Shown: positions 39,701 through 55,374, numbered from the stretch's first letter. The stretch: DNA of 64,000 nt from Eledone cirrhosa (GCA_964016885.1 OZ024742.1:57598001-57662000); one strand, 5' to 3'. The notes: generated by a model not told the origin, from the sequence alone. A program made the numbers and translations.

Positions 39701-42700
39701 CTTTATCGTTAGGATGGGGTACAGTGTATTATACTGTCACTAGACACAGTACTTTATATTTAGGAGGTTACAGTGTATTATACCGTCACAAGACACAGTA
39801 CATTAGATTTAGGAGGTTACAGTGTATTGTACCGTCACTAGACACAGTACTATAAGTCTACGATGAGGTTACAGTATATTATACCGTTAGTAGTCACGGT
39901 ACTTTATATTTAGGAGGAGGTTACAGTGTATTATACTGTCACTAGACACAGTACTTTATATTTAGGAGGAGGTTACAGTATATTATACCGTCAGTAGTCA
40001 CGGTACTTTATATTTAGGAGGGGGTTACAGTGTATTATACCGTCACTAGACACAGTACATTATATCTAGGAGGTTACAGTGTATTATACCGTCACTAGAC
40101 ACAGTACTTTATATTTAGGAGGAGGTTAGAGTGTATTATACCGTCACTAGACGCAGTACTTTATATCTAGGAGGATGTTACAGTGTATTATACCGTCACT
40201 AGACACAGTACTTTATATTTAGGAGAAGGTTACAATATTTTATACCGTCACTAGACACAGTACTTTATATTTAGGAGGAGGTTACAGTGTATTATACTAT
40301 CACTAGACACAGTACTTTATATTTAGGAGGACGTTACGGTGTATTATACCGTCACTAGACACAGTACTTTATAATTAGGAGGAGGTTACAGTGTATTATA
40401 CCGTCACTAGACACAGTACTTTATATTTAGTAGGTTACAGTGTATTATACCGTCACTAGACACAGTAATTTGTATTTAAGAGGTTACTGTGTGTTATACC
40501 GTCACCAGATACAGTACTTTATATCTAGGAGGAGGTTACAGTGTATTATACCGTCACTAGACACAGTACTTTATATTTAGGAAGAGGTTACAGTATATTA
40601 TACTGTTACTAGTCAAGGAACTTTATATTTAGGAGGAGGTTACGGTGTATTATATTGTCACTAGACACAGTACTTTATATTTAGGAGGAGGTTACAGTGT
40701 ATTATACCGTCACTAGACACAGTACTTTATATCTAGGTGTAGGTGACAGTGTATTATATCGACACTAGACACAGTACTTTATATCTAGGAGGAGGTTACA
40801 GTGTATTATACTGTCACTAGACACAGTACTTTATATCTAGAAGAAAGTTACAGTGTATTATACCGTGACTAGACACAGTAGTTTATATTTAGGAGGTTGC
40901 AGTATGTTATACCGTCACTAGAGAAAGGAATTTATATTTAGGAGGTTACAGTAAATTTTGCCGTCACTAGACACAGTACTTTATATCTAGGAGGAGGTTA
41001 CAGTGTATTATACCGTCACTAGACACATTAGTTTTTATTTAGGAGGAGGTTGCAGTATATTATACCGTCACTAGACACAGTAATTTATATTTAGGAGTTT
41101 ACAGTGTATTATACCGTCACTAGACACAGTACTTTATATCTAGGAGGAGGTTACAGTGTATTATACCGTCACTAGACACAATACTTTATAGTTAGGAGGA
41201 GGTTACAGTGTATTATACCTTCACTAGACACAATAGTTTATATTTAGGAGGAGGTTACAGTGTATTGTACCTTCACTAGACACAATACTTTATAGTTAGG
41301 AGGAGGCTATAGTGTATTATACAGTCATTAGACACAATACTTTATAGCTAGGAGGAGTTGACAGTGTATTATACCGTCACTAGACACAGTACTTTAGATT
41401 TAGAAGGTTACAGTGTATTATACCTTCACTAGACACAGCACTTTATATTTAGGACGAGGTTACAGTGTATTATACCTTCATTAGACACAATACATTATAT
41501 TTAGGAGGAGGTTACAGTGTATTATACCGCCACTAGACACAGTACTTTATATCTAGGAGGAGGTTACAGTGTATTATATCGACACTAGACACAGTACTTT
41601 ATATTTAGGAGGAGGTTCCAGGGTATTATACCGTCACTAGACACAGTACTTTATATCTAGGAGGAGGTTACAGTGTATTATACCGTCATTAGACACAGTA
41701 CATTATATCTAGGGGAAGGTTACAGTGTATTATACCGTCACTAGACACAGTACATTTCATCTAGGAGGAGGTTACAGTGTATTATACCGTCACTAGACAC
41801 AGTACTTTATATTTAGGAGGAAGTTACAGTGTATTATACCTTTACTAGACACAGTATTTTATATTTAGGAGGAGGTTACAGTATATTATACCGTCACTAG
41901 ACACACTACTTTATATTTAGGAGGAGCTTACAGTGTATTGTACGGAGACTAGACACAGTACTTTATATCTAGGAGGAGGTTACAGTGTATTATACCGTCA
42001 CTAGACACAGTACTTTATATCTAGGAGTAGGTTAGAGTGTATTATACCGTCACTAGACACAGTAGTTTATATTTAGGAGGAGGTTGCAGTATATTATACC
42101 GTCACTAGACACAGTACTTTATATCTAGGAGGAGGTTACAGTGTATTATACCGTCACTTGACACAGTACTTTATATCTAGGAGTAGGTTACATTGTATTA
42201 TACCGTCACTAGACATAGTAATTTATATTTAGGAGGAGGTTACAGTGTATTATACCGGCACTAGATACAGTACTTTATATTTAGGAGGAAGTTACAGTGT
42301 ATTATACCGACACTAGACACTGTAATTTATAGTTAGGAGGATGTTACAGTGTATTATACCGTCACAAGACACAGTTCTTTATATCTAGGAGGAGGTTAGA
42401 GTGTATTATACCGTCACTTGAGACTGTACTTTGTATTTAGGAGGTTACAGTGTATTATACCGACACTAGACACTGTAATTTATATTTAGGAGGATGTTAC
42501 AGTGTATTATACCGTCACTAGACACAGTACTTTATATCTAGGAGTAGGTTAGAGTGTATTATACCGTCACTAGACACAGTACTTTAGATTTAGGATGTGA
42601 CAGTGTATTATACAGTCACTAGACACAATACTTTATAGTTAGGAGGATGTTACAGTGTATTATACCTTCACTAGTCACAATACTTTATAGTTGGGACGAG

Positions 42701-45700
42701 GTTATAGTGTATTATACCGTCACTAGACACAGTACTTTATATCTAGGAGGAGGTTTCAGTGTATTATACCGTCACTAGACACAGTACTTTATATCTAGGA
42801 GGAGGTTACAGTGTATTATACCGTCACTAGACACAGTACATTATATCTTGGAGGAGGTTACAGTGTATTATACGGTCACTAGACACAGTATTTTATATCT
42901 GGGAGGAGGTTACAGTGTATTATACCGACACTAGACACAGTACTTTATATCTCGGAGGAGGTTACAGTGTATTATACCGTCACTAGACACAGTACTTTAT
43001 ATCTAGGAGTAGGTTACAGTATATTATACCGTCACTACACACAGTAGTTTATATTTAGGAGGAGGTTGCAGTATAATATACCGTCACTAGACAAAGTAAT
43101 TTATATTTAGGAAGAGGTTACAGTGTATTATACCGTCACTAGACACAGTACATTATATTTAGGAGGAGGTTGCAGTGTATTATACCGACACTAGACACAG
43201 TACATTATATTTAGGAGGAGGTTGCAGTGTATTATACCGTCACTAGACACAGTCCTTTATATTTAGGAGGAGGTTACAGAATATTATACCGTCACTAGAC
43301 ACAGTACTTTAAATCTAGGAGGAAATTACAGTGTATTATCCGACACTAGACACAGTACTTTATATCTAGGAGGAGGTTACAGTGTATTATACCGTCACTA
43401 GACACAGTACATTATATCTAGGAGTAGGTTACAGTGTATTATACCGTCACTAGACACAGTACTTTATATTTAGGAGGAGGTTAGTGTGTATTATACCGTC
43501 ACTAGACGCAGTACCTTATATCTAGGAGGATGTTACAGTGTATTATACCGTCACTAGACACAGTATTTTATATTTAGGAGGAGGTTACAGGGTATTATAC
43601 CGTCACTAGACACAGTACTTTATAACTAGGAGGAGGTTACAATGTGTTATACCGTCACTAGACACAGTACTTTATATTTAGGAGGAGGTTACAGTGTATT
43701 ATACCGACACTAGACACAGTACTTTATATTTAGGAGGAGGTTGCAGTGTATTATACTGTTACTAAACACAGTAATTTGTATTTAGCAGGTTACTGTGTAT
43801 TATACCGTCACTAGACACAGTACTTTATATCTAGGAGGAGGTTACTGTGTATTATACCGTCATTATACACAGTACTTTATATCTAGGAGGAGGTTACAGT
43901 GTATTATACCGTCACTAGACACAGTAATTTGTATTTAGGAGGTTACCGTGTATTATACCGTCACTAGACACAGTACTTTATATCTAGGAGGAGGTTACAG
44001 TGTATTATCCGACACTAGACACAGTACTTTATATCTAGGAGGAGGTTACAGTGTATCATACCGTCACTAGACACAGTACTTTATAATTAGGAGGAAGTTA
44101 AAGTGTATTATACCGTCACTAGACACAGTATTTTATATTTAGGAGGAGGTTACAGTGTATTATACCGTCACTAGACACAGTACTTTATATTTAGGAGGAG
44201 CTTACGGTGTATTGTACCGACACTAGACACAGTACTTTATATCTAGGAGGAGGTTACAGTGTATTATACCGTCACTAGACACAGTACTTTATATCTAGGA
44301 GTAGGTTAGAGTGTATTATACCGTCACTAGACACAGTAGTTTATATTTAGGAGGAGGTTGCAGTGTATTATACCGTCACTAGACACAGTACTTTATATCT
44401 AGGAGGAGGTTAGAGTGTATTATACCGTCACTAGACACAGTAGTTTATATTTAGGAGGAGGTTGCAGTGTATTATACCGTCACTAGACACAGTACTTTAT
44501 ATCTAGGAGGAGGTTACAGTGTATTATACCGTCACTAGACACAGTACTTTATATTTAGGGGGAGGTTACAGTGTATTATACCGTCACTAGACACAGTACG
44601 TTATATATTGTAGGAGGTTACAGTGTATTATACCGTCACTAGACACAGTACTTTATATTTAGGAGGAGGTTACAGAATATTATACCGTCACTAGACACAA
44701 TACTTTATATTTAGGAGTAGGTTACAATGTATTATACCGTCACTAGACACAGTACTTTATATCTAGGAGGAGGTTACAGTGTATTATACCGTCACTAGAG
44801 ACTGTACTTTGTATTTAGGAGGTTACAGTGTATTATACCGTCACTAGACACAGTACTTTATATCTAGAAGAAGGTTACAGTGTATTATAGCGTCACTAGA
44901 CACAGTAGTTTATATTTAGGAGGAGGTTGCAGTATAGTATACCGTCAATAGAGAAAGGAATTTATATTTAGGAGGTTACAGTATATTATGCCGTCACTAG
45001 ACACAGTACTTTATATCTAGGAGGAGGTTACAGTGTATTTTACCGACACTAGACACAGTACTTTATATCTAGGTTGAGGTTACAGTTTATTATACCGTCA
45101 CTAGACACAGTACTTTATTTTTAGGAAGAGGTTACAGTATATTATACTGTTAATAGACACTGAACTTTATATCTAGGAGGAGGTTACTGTGTATTATACC
45201 GTCACTAGACACGGTACTTTAGATTTAGGAGGTTACAGTGTATTATACAGTCACTAGACACAATACTCTATAGTTGGGAGGAGGTTACAGTGTATTATAC
45301 CGTCACTAGTCACAATATATTGTATCTAGGAGGAGGGTACAGTGTATTATACCGTCACTAGACACAGTACATTATATCTAGGAGGAGGGTACAGTGTATT
45401 ATACCGTCATTAGACGCAGTACTTTATATTTAGGAGGCGGTTACAGTGAATTATACCGTCACTGGACACAGTACTTTATATTTAGAAGGAGGTTACAGTG
45501 TATTATACCGTCACTAGACACAATACTTTATATTTAGGAGGAGGTTACAGTGTATTATACCGTCACTAGACACAGTACTTTTGATTGAGGAGGTTACAGT
45601 GTATGATACCGTCACTAGACACAGTACTTTATAGTTAGGAGGAGGTTACAGTGTATTATACCGTCACTAGACACAGTAGTTTTTATTTAGGAGGAGGTTG

Positions 45701-48700
45701 CAGTATATTATACCGTCACTAGACACAGTACATTATACTTTGGAGGAGGTTACAGTGTATTATACCGTCACTAGACTCAGTACTTTATATTTAGGAGGAG
45801 TTTACAGTATATTATACCGTCACTAGACACAGTACTTTATATGTAGGAGGAGGTTACAGTGTATTATCCCGACACTAGACACAGTACTTTATATTTAGGA
45901 GGAGGTTACATTGTATTATACCGTCACTAGACACAGTACTTTATATCTAGGAGGAGGTTACAGTGTATTATACCGTCACTAGACACAGTACTTTATATTT
46001 AGTAGGTTACAGTGTATTATACAGTCACTAGACACAGTAATTCATATTTATGAGTTTACAGTGTATTATACCGTCACTAGACACATTACTTTATATCTAG
46101 GAGGAGGTTACAGTGTATTATACCGTCACTAGAGACAGTACTTTGTATTTAGTAGGTTACAGTGTATTATACAGTCACTAGACACAGTACTTTAGATTTA
46201 GGATGTTACTGTGTATTATACAGTCACTAGACACAATACTTTATATCTAGGAACATGTTACAGTGTGTTATACCGTCACTAGACACAATACTTTATAGTT
46301 AGGAGGTGGCTATAGTGTATTATACAGTCACTAGACACAATACTTTATATCTAGGAAGAGGTTACAGTGTATTATACCGTCACTAGACACATTACTTTAG
46401 ATTTAGAAGGTTACAGTGTATTATACCTTCACTAGACACAGCACTTTATATTTAGGACGAGGTTACAGTGTATTATACCTTCATTAGACACAATACATTA
46501 TAGTTAGGAGGAGATTACAGTGTATTATACCGTCACTAGACACAATACTTTATATTTAGGAGGAGATTACAGTGTATTATACCGCCACTAGACACAGTAC
46601 TTTATATCTAGGAGGAGGTTACAGGGTAGTATACCGTCACTAGACACAGTACTTTATATCTAGGAGGAGGTTACAGTGTATTATACCGTCACTAGACACA
46701 GTACATTACATCTAGGAGGAGGTTACAGTGTATTATACCGTCACTAGACACAGTACTTTATATTTAGGAGGAGGTTACAGTGTATTATACCGTCACTAGA
46801 CACTGTATTTTATATTTAGGAGGAGGTTACAGTGTATTATACCGTCACTAGACACAGTACTTTATATTTAGGAGGAGGTTACAGTGTATTATACCGTCAC
46901 TAGACACAGTACTTTATATCTAGGAGTAGGTTACAGTGTATTATACCGTCACTAGACACAGTACTTTATATCTAGGAGTAGGTTACATTGTATTATACCG
47001 TCACTGGACATAGTAATTTATATTTAGGAGGAGGTTACAGTGTATTATACCGTCATTAGATACAGTACTTTATAATAAGGAGGTTACAGTGTATTATACC
47101 GTCACTAGACACAGTACTTTATATCTAGGAGGAGGTTACAGTGTATTATACCGTCACTAGAGACTGTACTTTGTATTTAGGAGGAGGTTATAGTGTATTA
47201 TGCAGTCACTAGACACAATACTTCATATCTAGGAGGAGGTTACAGTGTATTATACCGTCACTAGACACAGTACTTTAGATTTAGGATGTTACAGTGTATT
47301 ATACCTTCACTAGACACAATACATTATAGTTAGGAGGAGGTTACAGTGTATTATACCGTCACTAGACACAATACTTTATATTTAGTAGGTTACAGTATAT
47401 TATACCGCCACTAGACACAGTACTTTATATCTAGGAGGAGGTTACAGTGTATTATACAGTCACTAGACAGTACTTTATATCTAGGAGGAGGTTACAGTGT
47501 ATTATACCGTCACTAGACACAGTACATTATATCTAGGAGGAGGTTACAGTGTATTATACCGTCACTAGACACAGTATTTTATATTTAGGAGGAGGTTACA
47601 GTGTATTATACCGTCACTAGACACAGTACTTTATATTTAGGAGGAGGTTACAGTGTATTATACCGTCACTACACAACAATACTTTATATCTAGGAGTAGG
47701 TTACATTGTATTATACCGTCACTGGACATAGTAATTTATATTTAGGAGGAGGTTACAGTGTATTATACCGTCACTAGACACAGTACTTTATATTTAGGAG
47801 GATTCAGTGTATTATACCGACACTAGACACAGTACTTTATATTTAGGAGGAGGTTACAGTGTATTATACCGTCACTAGACACAGTACTTTATATCTAGGA
47901 GGAGATTACAGTGTATTATACCGTCACTAGAAACAGTACATTATATCTTGGAGGAGGTTACAGTGTATTATACCGTCACGAGTCACAGTACTTTATATTT
48001 AGAAGGAGGTTACAGTGTATTTTACCGTCGCTAGACACAGTACTTTATATCTAGGAGGAGGTTACAGTGTATAATACCGACACTAGACACAGTACTTTAT
48101 ATTTAGGGGGAGGTTACAGTGTATTATACCGTCACTAGACACAGTACTTTATATCTAGGAGGAGGTTACAGTGTATTATACCGTCACTCGACGCAGTACT
48201 TTATATTTAGGAAGAGGTTACAATGTATTATACCGTCACTAGACACAGTACTTTATATTTAGTAGGTTACAGTGTATTGTACCATCACTAGACACAGCAA
48301 TTTGTATTTAGGAGGTTACTGAGTGTTATACCGTCACTAGACACAGTACATTATATCTTGGAGGAGGTTACAATGTATTATACCGACACTAGACACAGTA
48401 CTTTATATTTAGGAGGAGGTTACAGTGTATTATACAGTCACTCGACACAGTACTTTATATCTAGGAGGAGGTTAAAGCGTATTATACCGACACTAGACAC
48501 AGTACGTTATATTTAGGAGGTTACAGTGTATTATACCGTCACTAGACACAGAAATTTGTATTTCGGAGGTTACTGTGTGTTATAACGTCACTAGACACAG
48601 TACATTATATCTTGGAGGAGGTTACAGTGTATTATACCGTCACTAGACGCAGTACTTTATATTTAGGAGGAGGTTACAGTGTATTATACCGTGACTAGAC

Positions 48701-51700
48701 ACAGTACATTATATCTTGGAGGAGGTTACAGTGTATTATACCGTCACTAGACGCAGTACTTTATATTTAGGAGGAGGTTACAGTATATTATACCGTCACT
48801 AGACACAGTACATTATATCTTGGAGGAGGTTACAGTATATTATACCGTCACTAGACACAGTACTTTATATTTAGGAGGAGGTTACAGTGTTTTATACCGT
48901 CACTAGACACAGTACTTTATATCTAGGCGGAGGTGACAGGGTATTATACCGTCACTAGTCACAGTAATTTATATTTAGGAGGTTACAGTGTATTATACTG
49001 TCACTAGAGACAGTACTTTGTATTTAGGAGGTTACAGTGTATTATACCGTCACTAGACACAGTACTTTAGATTTAGGATGTTACAGTGTATTATACAGTC
49101 ACTAGACACAATACTTTATAGTTAGGAGGAGGTTACAGTGTATTATACCTTCACTAGAAACAATACTTTATATTTAGGAGGAGGTTACAGTGTATTATAC
49201 CTTCACTAGACAAAGTACTTTATAGTTAGGAGGAGGTGATAGTGTATTATACAGTCACTAGATACAATACTTTATATCTAGAAGGAGGTTACAGTGTATT
49301 ATACCGTCACTAGACACAAGACTTTAGATTTAGGAGGTTACAGTGTATTATACCTTCACTAGACACAATACTTAATAGTTAGGAGGAGGTTACAGTGTAT
49401 TATACCTTCACTAGACAAAGTAATTTATATTTAGGAGTAGGTTACAGTGTATTATACCGTCACTAGACACAGTACTTTATATCTAGGAAGAGGTTACAGT
49501 GTATTATACCGTCACTAGACACAGTACATTATATCTTGGAGGAGGTTACAGTATATTATACCGTCACTAGACACAGTACTTTATATTTAGGAGGAGGTTA
49601 CAGTGTATTATACTGTCACTAGACACAGTAATTTACATTTAGGTTACAGTGTATTATAACGTCTCTAGATAGAGTAGTTTTTATTTAGGAGGAGGTTACA
49701 GTATATTATACCGTCACTAGACTCAGTACTTTATATTTAGCAGGAGGTTACAGTGTATTATACTGTCACTAGACACAGTACTTTATATTTAGGGGGAGGT
49801 TACAGTGTATTATATCGTCACTAGACACAGTACATTATATCTAGGAGGTTACAGTGTATTATACCGTCACGAGAGACAGTACTTTATATGTAGGAGGTTA
49901 CAGTATATCATACCGACACTAGACAGAGTACTTTATATCTAGGATGAGGTTGCAGCGTATTATACCGTCACTAGACACAGTACTTTATATCTAGGAGGAG
50001 GTTACAGTGTATTATACCGTCACTAGACACAGTACATTATATCTTGGAGGAGGTTACAGTATATTATACCGTCACTAGACACAGTACTTTATATTTAGGA
50101 GGAGGTTACAGTGTTTTATACCGTTACTAGACACAGTACTTTATATCTAGGAGGAGGTTACAGTGTATTATACCGACACTAGACACAGTACTTTATATTT
50201 AGGAGGAGGTTACAGTTTATTATACAATCACTAGACACAGTACTTTATATCTAGGAGGTTACAGTATATTTTACCGACACTAGACAAAGTACTTTATATC
50301 TAGGAGGAGGTTACAAAATATTATACCGACACTGGACATAGTACTTTATATTTAGGAGGAGGTTACAGTATATTATACCAACACTAGACACAGTACTTTA
50401 TATCTAGGAGGAGGTTACTGTGTATTATACCGTCACTAGACTCTACTTTATATCTAGGAGGGGTTACAGTGTATTATACCGTCACTAGATACAGTACTTT
50501 ATATCTAGGAGGAGGTTACAGTGTATTATACCGTCACTAGACACAGTACTTTATATCTAGGAGGAGGTTACATTGTATTATACCGTCAGTAGATATAGTA
50601 CTTTATATTTAGGAGGAGATTACAGTGTATTATACCGTCACTAGTCACAGTACTTTTTATCTAGGAGGAGGTTACAGTATATTATACCGTCACTAGACAC
50701 AGTACTTTATATCTAGGAGGTTACAGTGTATTATACTGTCACTAGACACAGTAATTTACATTTAGGTTACAGTGTATTATAACGTCTCTAGACAGAGTAG
50801 TTCTTATTTAGGAGGAGGTTACAGTATATTATACTGTCACTAGACACAGTACTTTATATTTAGGGGGAGGTTACAGTGTATTATATCGTCACTAGACACA
50901 GTACTTTATATTTAGGAGGAGGTTACAGTATATTATACCGCCACTAGACACTGTACTTTATATCTAGGAGGAGATTACAGTGTATTATACCAACACTAGA
51001 CACAGTACTTTATATTTAGGAGGAGGTTACAGTGTATTATACCGTCACTAGACACAACTTTATATCTAGGAGGAGGTTACAGTGTATTATACCGTCACTA
51101 GCCACAGTACTTTATATCTAGGAGGAGGTTACATTGTATTATACCGTCAGTAGACATAGTACTTTATATTTAGGAGGAGATTACAGTGTATTATACTGTC
51201 GCTAGTCACAGTACTTTATATCTAGGTTGAGGTTGCAGTATATTATACCGTTACTAGACACAGTACTTTATAACTAGGAGGGGGTTACAGTGTATTATAT
51301 CGACACGAGAGACAGTACTTTATATGTAGGATGTTACAGTATATTATACCGACACTATACATTGTACTTTATATTTAGGAGGAGGTTACAGTATATTATA
51401 CCGTCACTAGACACAGTACTTTATATCTAGGAGGAGGTTACAGCGTATTATACCATCACTAGATACAGTACTTTATATCTAGGAGGTTACAGTGTATTAT
51501 ACCGACACTAGACAAAGTACTTTATATGTAGGAGGAGGTCACAAAATATTATACCGACGCTAGACATAGTACTTTATATTTAGGAGGAGGTTACAGTATA
51601 TTATACCAACACTAGACACAGTACTTTATATCTAGGAGTAGGTTACAGTGTATTATACCGTCACTAGACACTACTTTATATCTAGGAGGTGGTTACAGTG

Positions 51701-52293
51701 TATTATACCATCACTAGATACAGTACTTTATATCTAGGAGGAGGTTACAGTGTATTATACCGTCACTAGACACAGTACTTTATATCTAGGAGGAGGTTAC
51801 ATTGTATTATACCGTCAGTAGACACAGTACTTTATATTTAGGAGGAGATTACAGTATATTATACCGTCACTAGTCACAGTACTTTATATTTAGGAGGAGG
51901 TTACAGTATATTATACCGTCACTAGACACAGTACTTTATATCTAGGAGGTTACAGTGTATTATACCGACACTAGACACAGTAATTTGTATTTAGGAGGTT
52001 ACAGTGTATTATACCGTCACTAGATACAGTAGTTTTTATTTAGGAGGGTTTTGTGGTGTATTATACCGACACTAGTCACAGCACTTTATATTTAGGAGGA
52101 GGTTACAGTGTATTATACCGTCACTAGACACAGTACTTTATATTTAGGAGGTTACAGTGTATTATACCGACACTAGACACAGTAGTTTTTATTTAGGAAG
52201 GTGTTGTGGTGTATTATAACGACACTAGACACTACTTTATATTTAGGAGGAGATTACAGTGTATTATACCAACACAAGACAGTACTTTATATA
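21717..52293. repeat. Large tandem satellite, 52-bp monomer CTAGACACAGTACTTTATAT(T/C)TAGGAGGAGGTTACAGTGTATTATACCGTCA (49-bp variant lacking one GGA), ~30.6 kb, about 600 copies, single orientation
   Basis: CTAGACAC at 21741 and 21793 (52 bp apart). Uninterrupted to ~52293 with degenerate terminal units. Copy number estimated as length divided by unit size. Confidence 0.98.
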
Positions 52294-52304
52294 TGGCAAG
52301 AGTG

Positions 52305-52892
52305 ATATAAATCAATAACGGTACATTATTTTATCGACCATCAAAAAGTAATGTTCACCTTTTATCGACCATCAAAAAGTAATGTTCACCTTTGTGAGAT
52401 TTTACCTCAGAATATAAAAAGTGGCAATTGAACACCGAAACCTTTGGTAAATATATACCGTAAGGCTTTTCATCTAATATTCTCATGTTTCGTCCACTTT
52501 ATTGATCTTCTCATTACTAGTATTATTGATTTTTAAAATACGAGTAGGTCCATGACCTTTAAATTTTGTAGAAGGACAGAAACGATTAAATGACTGGCAC
52601 ATTATTTTATCAACTCCTGAAGGGTGAAAGACAAATTTTACCTTAGTGGGATTTGAACTCATAACATAAAGTACCAGAACAAATACCGCAAAGGCATTTT
52701 TCCTGATGTCCAACCAATTCTGCTAATCCACTACTCTTACTACTAGTATTATTGATTTCTAATTAAGGCACAGGGCCTCCAAATTTACCGTAAAGACAAA
52801 ATTGTTTAACCCCACACTCCCAGAATTATGAAAGATAATGTTGACCTCCGCAGTGTTTGAACTCAGAACGCAGAAAATCTTAACTAAATACC
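52305..52892 (-). mobile_element. Cluster of three decayed SINE family 1 copies (~52305-52490, 52533-52740, 52759-52892)
   Basis: TTATTTTATCGACC / GGGTGAAAGACAAA..GGGATTTGAACTC / GGCACAGGGCC..TTGACCTCCGCAGTGTTTGAACTCAGAACG. A 31-bp tandem duplication lies at 52329-52390. Confidence 0.7.
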
Positions 52893-53222
52893 CACTAAGA
52901 AAATATTAAATACAAATAGTACCTGTAGAAATTCTACGGGTATTTTGAAAACTAGAAGAGTGTTTAAAGTCTATAGAGAACTACGAAATACAACATTTCT
53001 TTTGAAATTGTTTTCTCTTTTTTAATGTTTTTGTTACTTCACACGGTATAAAGTCCACATCTTTTAAAATTACATTCTGTGTTGTGCAATTCTCCTCTTG
53101 TCTACCTTGGGAGTTGCAATCTATTATATTTTAGTTTTACGTCGAGAAGTAAACAATCTTATTTCGCTACGGTGCGACAATATTGGTAATACTTTAACAA
53201 ATCTTAATACACCTTTATTTTC

Positions 53223-53354
<132 letters not shown>

Positions 53355-55174
53355 TAATATAAAAAGAAACCAGTATGGTTAAGTCTTTATATTATTAATT
53401 CAAAATAAGAGAGCACACAGGAAAAAAAAGCAGTAAAACAAACACTCCCATCTCCTGTCTTTGTCTCTACCTGTTTTGTTACACCCCCAATCTTCACTGG
53501 AATGAATGGTATCAACCTTAATGAACCGAAACCGTAGTGATTTTCAAAGGTTGACTAAGGAGATGGGATTGTTCATTTTTCTGTTGTTTTCTCCATCGTC
53601 TTTGAATTGTGCGCCTCCTATTTTTTATATATATAGAGAGAGAGAGGGACGGAGAAATTTGTAATTGGTGTTCTGACATAGCGATATATGTACATGTGAA
53701 TGTACGTATTGTATATTGAATAAGATACGGGATGTTTATGAAAGCATTTTGAAGGCCTTTCACTGTGAATCACACACCCAGCCTCAGTAAAAACGGGGGA
53801 ATGTAACCGATGTGTTTCTAGCTTATTAGCTGTTATCAAGACTACATTTCTCCCCGTCTTTGTTGAGGCTAATGTAAGCTTGAATCTTATAGATTCCCAG
53901 ACCATGTCTATGAGCTGATGAAACTCATTTACATACAGAGCGATAGTCGGCCCGACTTTAATATTTTATCAGTGAATCCGCTGGCTTCAGAAGCATTATT
54001 ATAATATTAACGGACATTGTAAAAAGATTATTTATCAAATGAAATATTTACTCATGTTGCTAATTAAGTTATTTTGCACTATCAAAGCTGTGATTAGATG
54101 TTTTATTTATGTATAAGATTTTCCCGTTGGGTTTCCTATGTGGAAAAAATTTACCTGAGTTCAGGTTTAATGTTATGTCTAGAAAATTAGCAACTTTAAT
54201 GTTAGTATCAAGTGCGATCTTCAGATAAAACTCTTCAAATGTTTTAATAAAATCCTTTCTTAATCTAAGGTGAGTCCACTAGAGAGATGTGATGCAATAA
54301 GACCGTCGTCTCTATACAGGCCTAAGTTAGGAGGATTTATTACGTAGTAAATCTAAAATAAATAGACCCATTAGTCCACACACCTCCCCATGGAAGCATC
54401 AAACAGCTCATCACCATTGTGTTTGTTTTGGTATTTATACTTGTTTCTATATTGTTACCTGTGTTGGTATTGGCTATTGCAATTATATTGGTCTTTGTTT
54501 GTATTGGTGTTTTGAGTTTATATTTGTGTTTGCATGTGTGGATGTGTATATATATTTGTGTATATCGGGAGATTGCTATTTACGTTAATATCTAAGGATG
54601 TATTTGTGAATGCATATTAAAATTAGAGCAGTGATTTCCAGGTTTAGTAATAAGTACTTTTGTTGTAATGGTAGCAGAAAGGCGTTCAAGAGAGATTTAC
54701 AATGGAACAATTAATAAAGGTAGCAATTCGATGTTGGACTGATATGTTAGGAAAACGGAGATGTAATAATGATGTTCACATTCCATGGTAGCGGAAAAGA
54801 TCAGAAAGCATATTTCAAAACATAATAAAAATTTATTTTCTTCTTCATATTAATATAAGTACAAGGCAAGTGAAGAGCTGCAAATATATCGCATAATCAA
54901 ATTGAACGATAAATGTAATTCTCCGCAGAGTTATATATCAAGATTACCCTCGGCTTTAGAGGGAAAGATCGAGAAAATCAGGCAGCGAGTTACACGGTAC
55001 TGCTCAGTAGAAGATCTCGAACGTAACTGCGGGAGAATTAATAATTAGGCGCGAAATCGACTGCTGGGTGGAAGTCGTTCTTGGTTTCCTACGCCACCAA
55101 CGCTAACGGCTGGTGACTGATCAAACAGGACCAAATTACTCCACCGCGATAAAGTAGCACTAATGCTTGCTACA

Positions 55175-55353
55175 CAAGCATTTAAATTGTTATTACTTCT
55201 TGTTTCATCAATGTCATGGAACATTCTGCCAAACTCTTCAACGTTTATAAGCAAAGGTTTTGTAATAGAGAGATAAAATTCAACAGTATCTAACTGGGTG
55301 AAATTACAATTGCTTTTATCCACTATTTTTTTTAACCAAGTAATTACTGATGC
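55175..55353 (-). pseudogene. Penelope-like element reverse transcriptase relic
   Basis: Translates as ASVITWLKKIVDKSNCNFTQLDTVEFYLSITKPLLINVEEFG, resembling the Penelope RT motif region VIxWF..K....F.Q.DI.xFYPSI...LL (motif recalled, not searched). Confidence 0.6.
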
Positions 55354-55374
55354 TCGTTCCGGCTATCTACACAC

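Noticed and set aside
21717-52293. CRISPR-like array
   Set aside because: Monomers are contiguous with no unique spacers, there are no cas genes, and the context is eukaryotic.
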